Assembly (NCBI GenBank): GCA_013204585.1
Contig: JABMNL010000035.1
Location: 10,803-74,802 of the forward strand
Direction of reading: 5' to 3'
Origin: SAR202 cluster bacterium
GTDB taxonomy: Bacteria; Chloroflexota; Dehalococcoidia; Lucifugimonadales; UBA3495
Length of the DNA: 64,000 nt
Shown one piece after another: positions 29,951 to 38,076 of the stretch. Positions within the stretch are counted from its first letter, which is position 1. Each line of letters starts with the position of its first letter. Made by a program: the position numbers and the translations under genes. The notes below the pieces were generated by a model, which saw nothing but the letters and a program-made list of their open reading frames with translations, had not been told where the DNA came from and did no database searches.

Positions 29951-31099
29951 TCAGTTACCTTCGGCGGCCCTAAGTTGGGTTGATGAGACATCTTCCCTAA
30001 ACAGACTCTCGGGCACATCGCTGAACAGCGATTCGAATGCCGGGGGAATCAATACATCGCTCAACGTCTTGAAGGTGCCCTGGTCTTCTCTACCAGCAAC
30101 CAGGAACCTAGTTCCTCCGGCCCACATCTCCGCCAGAGCGGCCAACATGGCGACTTGGTTGTCTTCGAAACCGTCTCCGTAATACCTGGGGGCGACAATC
30201 CGAACGGCGGTGTCCCATCCGACAACAAAAGTCCGACCCGAGAAGAGTCTGGCTTTCTTGAAGAAAGTCTCAGCCCTGGTTAACACCACGGTCTCTTCTG
30301 GGGTGAACTGCGCCAGTCTTTTCAGTATCTCCGCCTCTTCCAGCGCTGGCTTATCAACGTTGGTTACCGATAGCTCAAAGCCTACTTCGGTACCCAACAC
30401 TTCCCTCGCCGCCTGTGCCAGACCTCGGTGCCCTTGATGCACTGGACTGAATGAGCCAGGCAGTAAAGCTCCGGGCGCAGTTCCTTCGACTTCCAAAACC
30501 CCAGCACGGGCAACAATCCAAGCGGCCTCGCCGGAGAGCAGTTGGGCTAATGGCGAGGGGTGTTCTGTCCGGTCAATCTCCAAAGAGTCGCCAGGAGTCA
30601 GGCCCAGTTCTACATCTGAATCCAGGCTCGACAGCAGCATCAGGGCATGGACCAAGAGTCGGCTGACCAACTCTTCTTCACCGGCCCGGTCTCGCAAACC
30701 TTTGTGCAGAATCAGCGAGTAGGTGGTACTGGAGTCTTGGTCCCAAGCGGATACAAAGGCCCGGTGCTCGCCGCGTTTGGGCCGGTCGGTGGCGATGGTG
30801 GCGGCACAGGCTAGGCCAACAGCAGGGGAGTCGTCTTCAAGTTGGGACTTGGCTTTGCGGTAGGCCGCTCTGGCCATGTCTTTGGCCGTCTGGGCCGACG
30901 CCGATTGTTCTGGCTCGAACCCCAGGAACGAGTTCATCGATTCCCGACCGTAGGGCACCAAAGCCTCCAACACGGTACGGGAAGCACCGGCAACTCCCAG
31001 CAGCCAAGCCACGGCTTGAGTGCCTGCGCCCGACACAGCAACCACCGCCTTGTGGGGCGTGGCGTGAATTTTTTCTATATGTGGTCGCATCTCTTCCAT
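29951..31099 (-). CDS. CinA-like domain fused to an HxGH nucleotidyltransferase (NMN adenylyltransferase-like)
   Basis: VSGAG...GASRTVLEALVPY...TDRPKRGEHR N-terminal domain, then PGSFSPVHQGH, NVDKP, VVGWDT and VSSTQLR. Confidence 0.7.
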   Translation of the reverse strand: MEEMRPHIEKIHATPHKAVVAVSGAGTQAVAWLLGVAGASRTVLEALVPYGRESMNSFLGFEPEQSASAQTAKDMARAAYRKAKSQLEDDSPAVGLACAATIATDRPKRGEHRAFVSAWDQDSSTTYSLILHKGLRDRAGEEELVSRLLVHALMLLSSLDSDVELGLTPGDSLEIDRTEHPSPLAQLLSGEAAWIVARAGVLEVEGTAPGALLPGSFSPVHQGHRGLAQAAREVLGTEVGFELSVTNVDKPALEEAEILKRLAQFTPEETVVLTRAETFFKKARLFSGRTFVVGWDTAVRIVAPRYYGDGFEDNQVAMLAALAEMWAGGTRFLVAGREDQGTFKTLSDVLIPPAFESLFSDVPESLFREDVSSTQLRAAEGN

Positions 31100-31128
31100 G
31101 TAGTAATTGGTCGGCGTTAAAGAAACGC

Positions 31129-31163
31129 CCCCATCCTAACCTTCCCCCTTGCGAGGGGGAAGG
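31129..31163. repeat. REP-like palindromic element
   Basis: cccatcctaa followed by ccttccccct-tgcg-agggggaagg, a perfect 10-bp stem. Confidence 0.55.
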
Positions 31164-31168
31164 AACTT

Positions 31169-31747
31169 CTAGCTTGGCTGCCAGACTGTACGGTTAATAT
31201 TGTCCATGGTGGCGCGGGAAGTTTCTACCTCGGTCGATTGTTTTTGATCCCAGCGGGTCATCCATTCGGTTGGCAGTTTGCGGCGAGCGTCCCGCCACCA
31301 GAGCGGATTACCTTTAGCCAGCGTCTTGCCATCTAACACATCGGCAAGGAAGCAGGTCATGTCGCCGCCGTCCATGGCGTTAATCACCCGGCAGTCCAGG
31401 TAGCCAAAGCAATCGGTCAACAGTGGGCTGCCAGATGTTCCAGCAGCCTTGTCCACCTCAGCTAGCTTGTCTTTTTCACGCCCGGATACCAGGCCGAAAT
31501 CGCCAATCAAATCCAATTGGTCTGACTTCAAGAAGTTTAGGGCAAACGCCCCGCTGGCGAGGACCATATCGTGGCTGAGATTGGTTTTATAAAGTTGGAG
31601 GGCCACCCTGGGGCGGTCCGGAACTATCGACGCCGCTGCAATTGCCACCGCTATTTGCACATTGTCACGGCCCTGCCACTGGCTGGTGACCGCCGCTAAG
31701 GGTGACCAAAGCGTACCCATCATTGGGGCAATTTCGGCATAGTCCAT
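31169..31747 (-). CDS. Flavin reductase-like family protein
   Basis: FALNFL...FGLVSGREKDK...GSPLLTDCFGYLDCRV. The MDYAE start is preferred over the track's upstream start. Confidence 0.8.
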   Translation of the reverse strand: MDYAEIAPMMGTLWSPLAAVTSQWQGRDNVQIAVAIAAASIVPDRPRVALQLYKTNLSHDMVLASGAFALNFLKSDQLDLIGDFGLVSGREKDKLAEVDKAAGTSGSPLLTDCFGYLDCRVINAMDGGDMTCFLADVLDGKTLAKGNPLWWRDARRKLPTEWMTRWDQKQSTEVETSRATMDNINRTVWQPS

Positions 31748-31830
31748 GCTAATCGTCCAGCATTTAAGCGGCCCAACTCTGGTATACGGCCCCATTCCAG
31801 CGCGGAGAGTGTAGCACCGCCGACCGGTGG

Positions 31831-32871
31831 CTACCAGTCAGGAGAATGGTCCTCTGCGTCGTTGGTCGTCAAGCGGCGTTGGTTAGCCCCGTCGTCATCC
31901 ATAACGAATATCTCGCCCTGTCCGTACAGGTGAGAAACAAAGGCCATCTGGCGGCCGTCGGGAGACCAGACCGGATCCAGGTCATCGGCCTCGTTGGTGG
32001 TCAAGCGAAGCTGCTTGGAGCCGTCGTCGTCCATAACAAATATCTCGCCGTTGCCGAACCGATCAGAAACAAAGGCAATGGTTTTGCTATCAGGAGACCA
32101 AGCTGGCGCAATATCGTAACTCGGGTGTTGGGTCAGCTGCGTCTGCTCTACTTCATCCTGCCAAGTGCCGTCCTTCAAGCGACTAATCAAAAACAGGTCC
32201 GAGTTCCCATCGGTCTGTCGAACAAAGACTATGTGATCGCCGTTGGGCGACCAGGCCGGGTCGGAATCCTCTTCTTGGGTCAGGTGGACCAGGTTCACGC
32301 CGTCTGGGTTGCGCAACCAGAGGCCTCGTTCTTCAGCCGAGCCGGTCCGGACAAATGCCAGCCACTCCCCATTGGGAGACCAGTCGCCCATGCTGTCATC
32401 GGCCGACTTGGCGGTAATCCGGGTCGGTTGGCTGCCTTCGAGGTCCAACAAATAGACTTCGGAGTTGCCGTCCTGGTTGGAAATGAAAGCCAAGTTCTTT
32501 CCGTTGGGAGACCAAAGCGGAGATTCATCGTTGCCTGCGATGTGGGTTAAGCGGATAATGGTCTCGCCTTTGCGATCGACCAGGTTAATCTCCAAATCTC
32601 CCGATTCGTCGGAAACATAGGCAATCTCTTTGCCGTCGGGAGACCAGACTGGGTTGTAATCCTTACTGCGGTTGTCAGTGAGAGGCCGGGCTTTGCCTGA
32701 CTTAGGGTCAATAACGTAAATCTCGGCATCGCCATCCACTTCGGACACGAAGACAATCTCATCGCCGCTGGACGAACCGCAGCCGACGAGCAATGCCATC
32801 AGACCTACCAAAGCCAAGGCAAGGCCCAAGGTAAAGATTTTTGCCGGAAGGTTATTTTTCAATCCGCCCAT
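31831..32871 (-). CDS. TolB-like PD40 beta-propeller lipoprotein
   Basis: LLVGC lipobox and repeated P-x-WSPDG-x-x-IA[FY]VS units. Confidence 0.85.
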   Translation of the reverse strand: MGGLKNNLPAKIFTLGLALALVGLMALLVGCGSSSGDEIVFVSEVDGDAEIYVIDPKSGKARPLTDNRSKDYNPVWSPDGKEIAYVSDESGDLEINLVDRKGETIIRLTHIAGNDESPLWSPNGKNLAFISNQDGNSEVYLLDLEGSQPTRITAKSADDSMGDWSPNGEWLAFVRTGSAEERGLWLRNPDGVNLVHLTQEEDSDPAWSPNGDHIVFVRQTDGNSDLFLISRLKDGTWQDEVEQTQLTQHPSYDIAPAWSPDSKTIAFVSDRFGNGEIFVMDDDGSKQLRLTTNEADDLDPVWSPDGRQMAFVSHLYGQGEIFVMDDDGANQRRLTTNDAEDHSPDW

Positions 32872-33051
32872 TCCCCAAGACCATTATCGTTCCTGCCGGA
32901 ATGACAGGCCTGCCTGGATGACATGGCTCGAACACCTGTCCCACACTCGGCTGATTATAGTCAAAATTAGACATTTGTTGGTCTGGTAGAAAGTGCCGGA
33001 TTAGGGCAAAGTTTTTGCATCGCCACGGGACGTCCGAACTGGCAGCAACTC

Positions 33052-33080
33052 TTGACACTGGGACAGGGCTTGTCTAGCAT
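33052..33080 (+). promoter_or_regulatory. Probable sigma70 promoter of the amidohydrolase
   Basis: TTGACA, 17 nt, TAGCAT. Confidence 0.6.
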
Positions 33081-33162
33081 CTGCCCAACCTGCGGAGACG
33101 CCGCACTTCCATCCAACAGACACCGCTAACAAACAGCAACCTAACAAATAGCGAGGTAGGCC

Positions 33163-34419
33163 ATGAAAGTTCTACTCGGGGCCGACTTAATTGACGGCAA
33201 CGGCGGCCCAGTGTTGAAAGACTCGGCCATCTTGATAGACGGCGAGCGTATCAAAGAGGTTGGCCCACGGGCTGCGGTCACCTTGCCGCCGGGCACGGAA
33301 GAAATTGACCTAACCGGCTTGACCCTGCTTCCCGGCCTGATTGACACCCACGACCACCTGGCCCACAAAAACTACAGCCTGGTTAGCCGCTGGGAAATTG
33401 AAGACCCAGCCTCGCTAAACACTCTAAAAACAGCCAAGGCCATCGAAGCTTCCCTGGCCGCGGGTTACACCTGTATCCGCGACGCTGGAGGCTTGGACGC
33501 CGGATTCAAGTTCGCGGTCGAAGAGGGTTTGCTAGATGGCCCCAGGCTACTCACCGCTGTCAGCATCGTCTCCCCCACGGGAGGTATCGGTGACCGAGTC
33601 GCCCCATCAGGCCACCGAAACACTTTCAACCACGACCCCATGCACCCGTCTGGAGTAGCCAACGGCCCCGACGCCGTACGGGCCCTCGTCCGGGAATTGG
33701 TGCGCGTGGGGGCCGACGTTATTAAGTTCGCCACCACCGGCGGGGCCAGTTCCCGCTCCGGCCACGGCCCCAAAGACATCGCCTTTGGCCCCGACGAAGT
33801 CAAAGCCCTAATTGACGAGGCCCGTTCCCAAGAGAAACTCACCATGTGCCACGCCGTCGGCGGCCCCGGGCTGCGCATGTGCATCGAAGCCGGTGTCGGC
33901 TCGGTGGAACACGGCTGTTACCTGGCCGAAGACCCAGACCTAGTCAAGATAATGGCCGACAAGGGCACCTATTTCGCGCCAACCTTCGACGTTTACGAGT
34001 TCCATTCCACCGTCAGCGCACCCCATGTGATTGCGCGCACCAAACAATTGATGCAGATACACCAAGAAAGCATGCACCAGGCCATTAGCGCCGGGGTCAA
34101 GGTGGTCTCGGGCACCGATGCTGGCGGGTTCGTCCACGGCGACAACGCCAGGGAGATTGAATTGATGGTCGAGCGTGGTCTGTCCAACATGCAGGCAATC
34201 CAGACCGGCACCATCTGGGCGGCGGAGTGCGTCGGCCAAGAAAAGCACATTGGCAGCGTCCAGGCTGGCAAGTACGCCGACTTCCTAGTGGTGGACGGCG
34301 ACCCTCTTAAGGACATCGGCGTCCTTCGGGGCGAAGGACGAATTAAGATGGTGATGAAGGGTGGCAAGACCTACATTGACAATCTGCCCGTTGGTCGCCC
34401 CCAGGCTGTGGGGGATTAG
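33163..34419 (+). CDS. Metal-dependent amidohydrolase (Xaa-Pro dipeptidase-like subgroup)
   Basis: PGLIDTHDH, GADVIKFATTGG, CHA, SVEHG, GTDAG and ADFLVVDGDP. Confidence 0.9.
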   Translation: MKVLLGADLIDGNGGPVLKDSAILIDGERIKEVGPRAAVTLPPGTEEIDLTGLTLLPGLIDTHDHLAHKNYSLVSRWEIEDPASLNTLKTAKAIEASLAAGYTCIRDAGGLDAGFKFAVEEGLLDGPRLLTAVSIVSPTGGIGDRVAPSGHRNTFNHDPMHPSGVANGPDAVRALVRELVRVGADVIKFATTGGASSRSGHGPKDIAFGPDEVKALIDEARSQEKLTMCHAVGGPGLRMCIEAGVGSVEHGCYLAEDPDLVKIMADKGTYFAPTFDVYEFHSTVSAPHVIARTKQLMQIHQESMHQAISAGVKVVSGTDAGGFVHGDNAREIELMVERGLSNMQAIQTGTIWAAECVGQEKHIGSVQAGKYADFLVVDGDPLKDIGVLRGEGRIKMVMKGGKTYIDNLPVGRPQAVGD

Positions 34420-34467
34420 CCAACAGGAATAAAAAGTTAGATCAACGACCGCGAAGGGGAATAGAAT

Positions 34468-35181
34468 TTATCTCGATTGGTTTTTTGCTCCAAACATATT
34501 GGCTATCTGACCAATCAGCTCCGTTTTTACCAAGTCCGGGGATAGGAAATACACCAAGAGAATCAGACTGTTTCCACGTTTGCCCACGAGAATTTTCTCG
34601 TCGAATTCTGGCTTGAAATCGACGCCGTAAAAAATTTCCTTGTAATACCGCCAGTTGCCTTTGCCGTAACAGATCACGAAGGGTGGCTGGAACTTGGACA
34701 TCTCCGAGCGTAGCCATTCGATGCGGTTTGGACGCACTTCTGCGATGTACTCGGCTTTTGTCGGATAAATCGCGTCATAAGGCCATTCGTTCAGCCTAGG
34801 GCATGGCAGCGGCATTAAATCTGTAAGGAAGGTGTCCCCGCCAAAACGTCCCAAATTCTTAGCCTGATACCGTTTGGCGCGATCTTTCTCCTGCCACTCG
34901 GCCACTCCATCCATTGCCAATACCAACTTTGACATAACACGCCAAGTCGGAACGTAAATATCGATATCAAAGCCAAGCTTTATAATCGCCGATTCAAGCT
35001 CTTCAACAGGGTCGAATGAACAAACCCTTTTCCTCAACTGGTCCATTGACCCGCCGCCCTCTTCCATCCCAAGAAACCAATAACGCCCAGATTTGTTTCC
35101 GTATCCTTTGAATTTAAGAACGCGTTCTATATCTTCCTTGGATAACCTCGGTTCTTCCACGTATTCAAGCTTCCTTTGCAC
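34468..35181 (-). CDS. Hypothetical protein, possibly uracil-DNA-glycosylase superfamily fold; low GC
   Basis: KGYGN...YWFLGMEEGGG, TDLMPLPCP and PPFVICYGK resemble the UDG-superfamily motif order. Confidence 0.45.
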   Translation of the reverse strand: MQRKLEYVEEPRLSKEDIERVLKFKGYGNKSGRYWFLGMEEGGGSMDQLRKRVCSFDPVEELESAIIKLGFDIDIYVPTWRVMSKLVLAMDGVAEWQEKDRAKRYQAKNLGRFGGDTFLTDLMPLPCPRLNEWPYDAIYPTKAEYIAEVRPNRIEWLRSEMSKFQPPFVICYGKGNWRYYKEIFYGVDFKPEFDEKILVGKRGNSLILLVYFLSPDLVKTELIGQIANMFGAKNQSR

Positions 35182-35290
35182 ATCGCGGTGCTCAATATAA
35201 GTATCGACCCGTGGGTATTATAGCTAACCTCCAGCCAACCTATGCCAGTGGATGCACTGCCTTGAACAAGTTTTCTAGTATCATTGACCA

Positions 35291-36049
35291 ATGCGCTTTC
35301 ACGTCCTAACCCTGTTCCCGGACGCGTTCCGGGAGCCCCTTGAATACAGCATGTTGGCCCTGGCCCTAAAACGGGGCCTGGTGTCGATTGATGTCACCGA
35401 CATCCGCGATTATTCCCACGACCTGCACCACACGGCCGACGACTACCAGTTCGGCGGCGGTCACGGCATGGTGCTGAAACCCGAGCCAGTGTTCGAAGCC
35501 TCCGAGGCCGCACTATCCGGCTACACCGATGCCGAGCGGGCCGCCATTCCCATCATTTTGTTCACTCCCCAAGGAGAAATACTGACTCAAAAATTGGTTG
35601 AGGAGTTGGCACAAGCCCCCGCAGTGGCCATGATTTGCGCCCACTACGCGGGCATCGACAACCGCGTGCCCGAACACTTGGCCACCCGAGAAATAAGCCT
35701 GGGCGATTTCGTTCTGACCGGCGGCGAACTACCGGCAATGGCCCTGATCGACTCCATGTCGCGCCTGGTGCCGGGGGTGATTGGCTCGCCGGAGAATGTG
35801 GCCGAAGACTCAATTTCTTCTGGCCTGCTACAACACCCGCTCTACACTCGCCCGGCAGAATTTAACGGCATGGAAGTGCCGGAAATCCTGCTATCCGGCC
35901 ACCACGCCAACATCGACAAGTGGCGTCGGGAGCAATCACTGCGCCGCACCTTAGAACGCCGCCCCGACATGCTTTTGACCGCCGAACTTAGCCCTGCCGA
36001 CTTCAAATACCTGGAATCCTTAGGCTATATACCGCCGGAGCAGCGCTAG
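35291..36049 (+). CDS. trmD: tRNA (guanine37-N1)-methyltransferase
   Basis: LTLFPD, DDYQFGGGHGMVLKPEP, SLGDFVLTGGEL, YTRP and LLSGHH. Confidence 0.96.
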   Translation: MRFHVLTLFPDAFREPLEYSMLALALKRGLVSIDVTDIRDYSHDLHHTADDYQFGGGHGMVLKPEPVFEASEAALSGYTDAERAAIPIILFTPQGEILTQKLVEELAQAPAVAMICAHYAGIDNRVPEHLATREISLGDFVLTGGELPAMALIDSMSRLVPGVIGSPENVAEDSISSGLLQHPLYTRPAEFNGMEVPEILLSGHHANIDKWRREQSLRRTLERRPDMLLTAELSPADFKYLESLGYIPPEQR

Positions 36050-36061
36050 CATTGAGGACTA

Positions 36062-36553
36062 ATGGCTAAAGCCGACTTCAAGTTCAAAACCTCGGTACGC
36101 GTCCGCTGGATGGAGTGCGACGCCCAGGGAATCGTCTACAACGGTGCCTACTTGGGCTATTTGGAGATTGGACAGTCGGAGTATTACCGAAACCTGGGCT
36201 TCGCCATCTATGTCATCCCCCAAAGCGGATACTTCGACTTCGCCGTGGTGAAGAGTACTTTGGAATTCAAAGCGCCCGCCAGGGTAGACCAAATCATCGA
36301 ACTCCACGTCCGGGTGTCCAACATCGGAAACGCCAGCCTGACGTTGAACATGGAAATCTACCCCGCAGGCAGCGACCGTTTGCTGAGTTCCGTCGAGGCC
36401 ATCTACGTGGGTTATGACGCCGTCACCGAAACCAGCAAACGAGTGCCGGATGACATCCGCCAACTGGTCAACCACTTCGAGGAAACGGGTGAGGTGTTGC
36501 CCATCGCGCAGTTCCCAGACCTAGCCAAAGCAACCGCGTACCGGCAAGAGTAA
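36062..36553 (+). CDS. Acyl-CoA thioesterase (YbgC/4HBT hot-dog fold)
   Basis: VRWMECDAQGIVYNGAYLGYLE and FKAPARVD. Confidence 0.85.
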   Translation: MAKADFKFKTSVRVRWMECDAQGIVYNGAYLGYLEIGQSEYYRNLGFAIYVIPQSGYFDFAVVKSTLEFKAPARVDQIIELHVRVSNIGNASLTLNMEIYPAGSDRLLSSVEAIYVGYDAVTETSKRVPDDIRQLVNHFEETGEVLPIAQFPDLAKATAYRQE

Positions 36554-36566
36554 CCACCCCAAAGCG

Positions 36567-36595
36567 TTGACGATAATCGTAACCCTGACTAGACT
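36567..36595 (+). promoter_or_regulatory. Probable promoter of the PHP gene
   Basis: TTGACG, 17 nt, TAGACT. Confidence 0.5.
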
Positions 36596-36652
36596 GGAAA
36601 CACCCCATTTGCCGCCAAGCGGCGGCTGACCGCTGAGAGCTTACCTCTATTT

Positions 36653-37351
36653 ATGGCCAAGTTATTTGACCTCCATATCCATACCACCAAAGGCAGCAGC
36701 GATAGCAGCCTGACCCCGGAAGACCTGATTCTGGAAGCCGACCGCCTGGGTCTACGCGGCCTCTGCCTTACTGAACACTCCGGCCCCTGGGATCGACACG
36801 AATTCAAGAAGTTCGCCAGCCTGCACAACGTCGTGTTAATACGCGCCATGGAAGTGGAAACCGACATGGGCCACATGCTGGCCTTCGGTATGGACAGCTA
36901 CCAGGCCGGATACAACAAGGCGGCGCAACTGCGCAAGGCCGCCACCGCCGCCGGTGGGTTCGTGGTTTCCGCCCATCCATTTCGGGGTGTGCTCAGTAAT
37001 GGAAGCAGTCGCAGTCGGGCGCTCATTTACCAATCAATCCCCGACCCGCTACCCGAGGTGCCTGAGGATGCCCTGGACCATCCGCTATTCAAACTGGCCG
37101 ACGCGGTAGAAGTTGCCAACGGCGGCACCGTTGACCGGGAAAACGACTTCGCGATGCAAGTCGCCGGACTCCTAAAGCTGCCGGTGACCGGTGGCAGCGA
37201 CGCCCATTCGGTCCACGGCCTGGGCAAATTCCTAACCGAGTTTCACGACGAAGTTACAAACGAAACCGAGTTCTTAAAGGCCCTCCATTCGAAGCAGTTC
37301 CACCCAATGAAGGGGCTCCGCACTGGCAATCTAAAGCAATACACCGCCTAG
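36653..37351 (+). CDS. PHP domain metallophosphoesterase
   Basis: DLHIHT, LTEH, SAHPFR and GGSDAH. Confidence 0.9.
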   Translation: MAKLFDLHIHTTKGSSDSSLTPEDLILEADRLGLRGLCLTEHSGPWDRHEFKKFASLHNVVLIRAMEVETDMGHMLAFGMDSYQAGYNKAAQLRKAATAAGGFVVSAHPFRGVLSNGSSRSRALIYQSIPDPLPEVPEDALDHPLFKLADAVEVANGGTVDRENDFAMQVAGLLKLPVTGGSDAHSVHGLGKFLTEFHDEVTNETEFLKALHSKQFHPMKGLRTGNLKQYTA

Positions 37352-37421
37352 CCAATCAGTTCCATCCGGTAACTGGCTACAAACCGGAAACGTCAATGCT
37401 TACTCAAATGAGCGATACGAC

Positions 37422-37449
37422 TCTTCAGAAGTTAATTTCCTTCTGAAGA
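37422..37449. promoter_or_regulatory. Perfect 10-bp inverted repeat (terminator or operator)
   Basis: tcttcagaag-N8-cttctgaaga followed by acgcttttt. Confidence 0.5.
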
Positions 37450-37495
37450 ACGCTTTTTCAGACCAACTAGCCCAAAAGGGAGACACGAAGTAACT

Positions 37496-37933
37496 ATGAG
37501 CGAATACATTCCTAGCCCCACAGATTGGGTCGCAGAACAGGTAGAACTATATGAAGGAAGCCAGGGAACCAAGGGTTTCACGTTGCGCGACACCGGTCTC
37601 CCCGTCGTCATCGTGACTAATCGAGGGGTGAAAACTGGTGCGGTCCGTAAGACGCCTTTGATGCGAGTGGTCGACGGAGACAATTACATCCTCGTCGGAT
37701 CTCAGGGCGGGTCGCCAAAGCATCCCCATTGGGTTCACAACCTAAAGGCGGATTCAAAGGTTGAAATTCGCGATGAGGCAGCCGTTTATTCGATGAAGGT
37801 TCGCGAGGTAGTGGACTCAGTAGAGCGACAGCGCCTCTGGGATATCGCCGTCGCAACATTTCCTAATTACAAGTTGTACCAGGAGAAAACTGACCGCGTC
37901 ATCCCAGTCTTCCTCGCAGAACCAACCCACTAA
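37496..37933 (+). CDS. Deazaflavin (F420)-dependent nitroreductase family protein
   Basis: RGVKTGAVRKTPL, VGSQGGSPKHPHWVHNL and YQEKTDRVIPV. Confidence 0.9.
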   Translation: MSEYIPSPTDWVAEQVELYEGSQGTKGFTLRDTGLPVVIVTNRGVKTGAVRKTPLMRVVDGDNYILVGSQGGSPKHPHWVHNLKADSKVEIRDEAAVYSMKVREVVDSVERQRLWDIAVATFPNYKLYQEKTDRVIPVFLAEPTH

Positions 37934-38076
37934 GTCGGACACTGCCCAATTCACGCCTTAAAACTGTAACTCTCAGGTCGAACCAGCGTCCCTGCTCGTG
38001 CTAAACTGCCCCAGTCATAACCCAGCCATAACTACGGGTTATGACAATCAACGTGTGAGGTTGTGACGGGAAATAC

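Noticed and set aside
31846-32550. Long antisense ORF opposite the TolB-like gene (similarly 4099-4713, 24820-25419, 54407-55039, 60456-61067)
   Set aside because: Shadow frames of well-supported high-GC genes with no motifs of their own.
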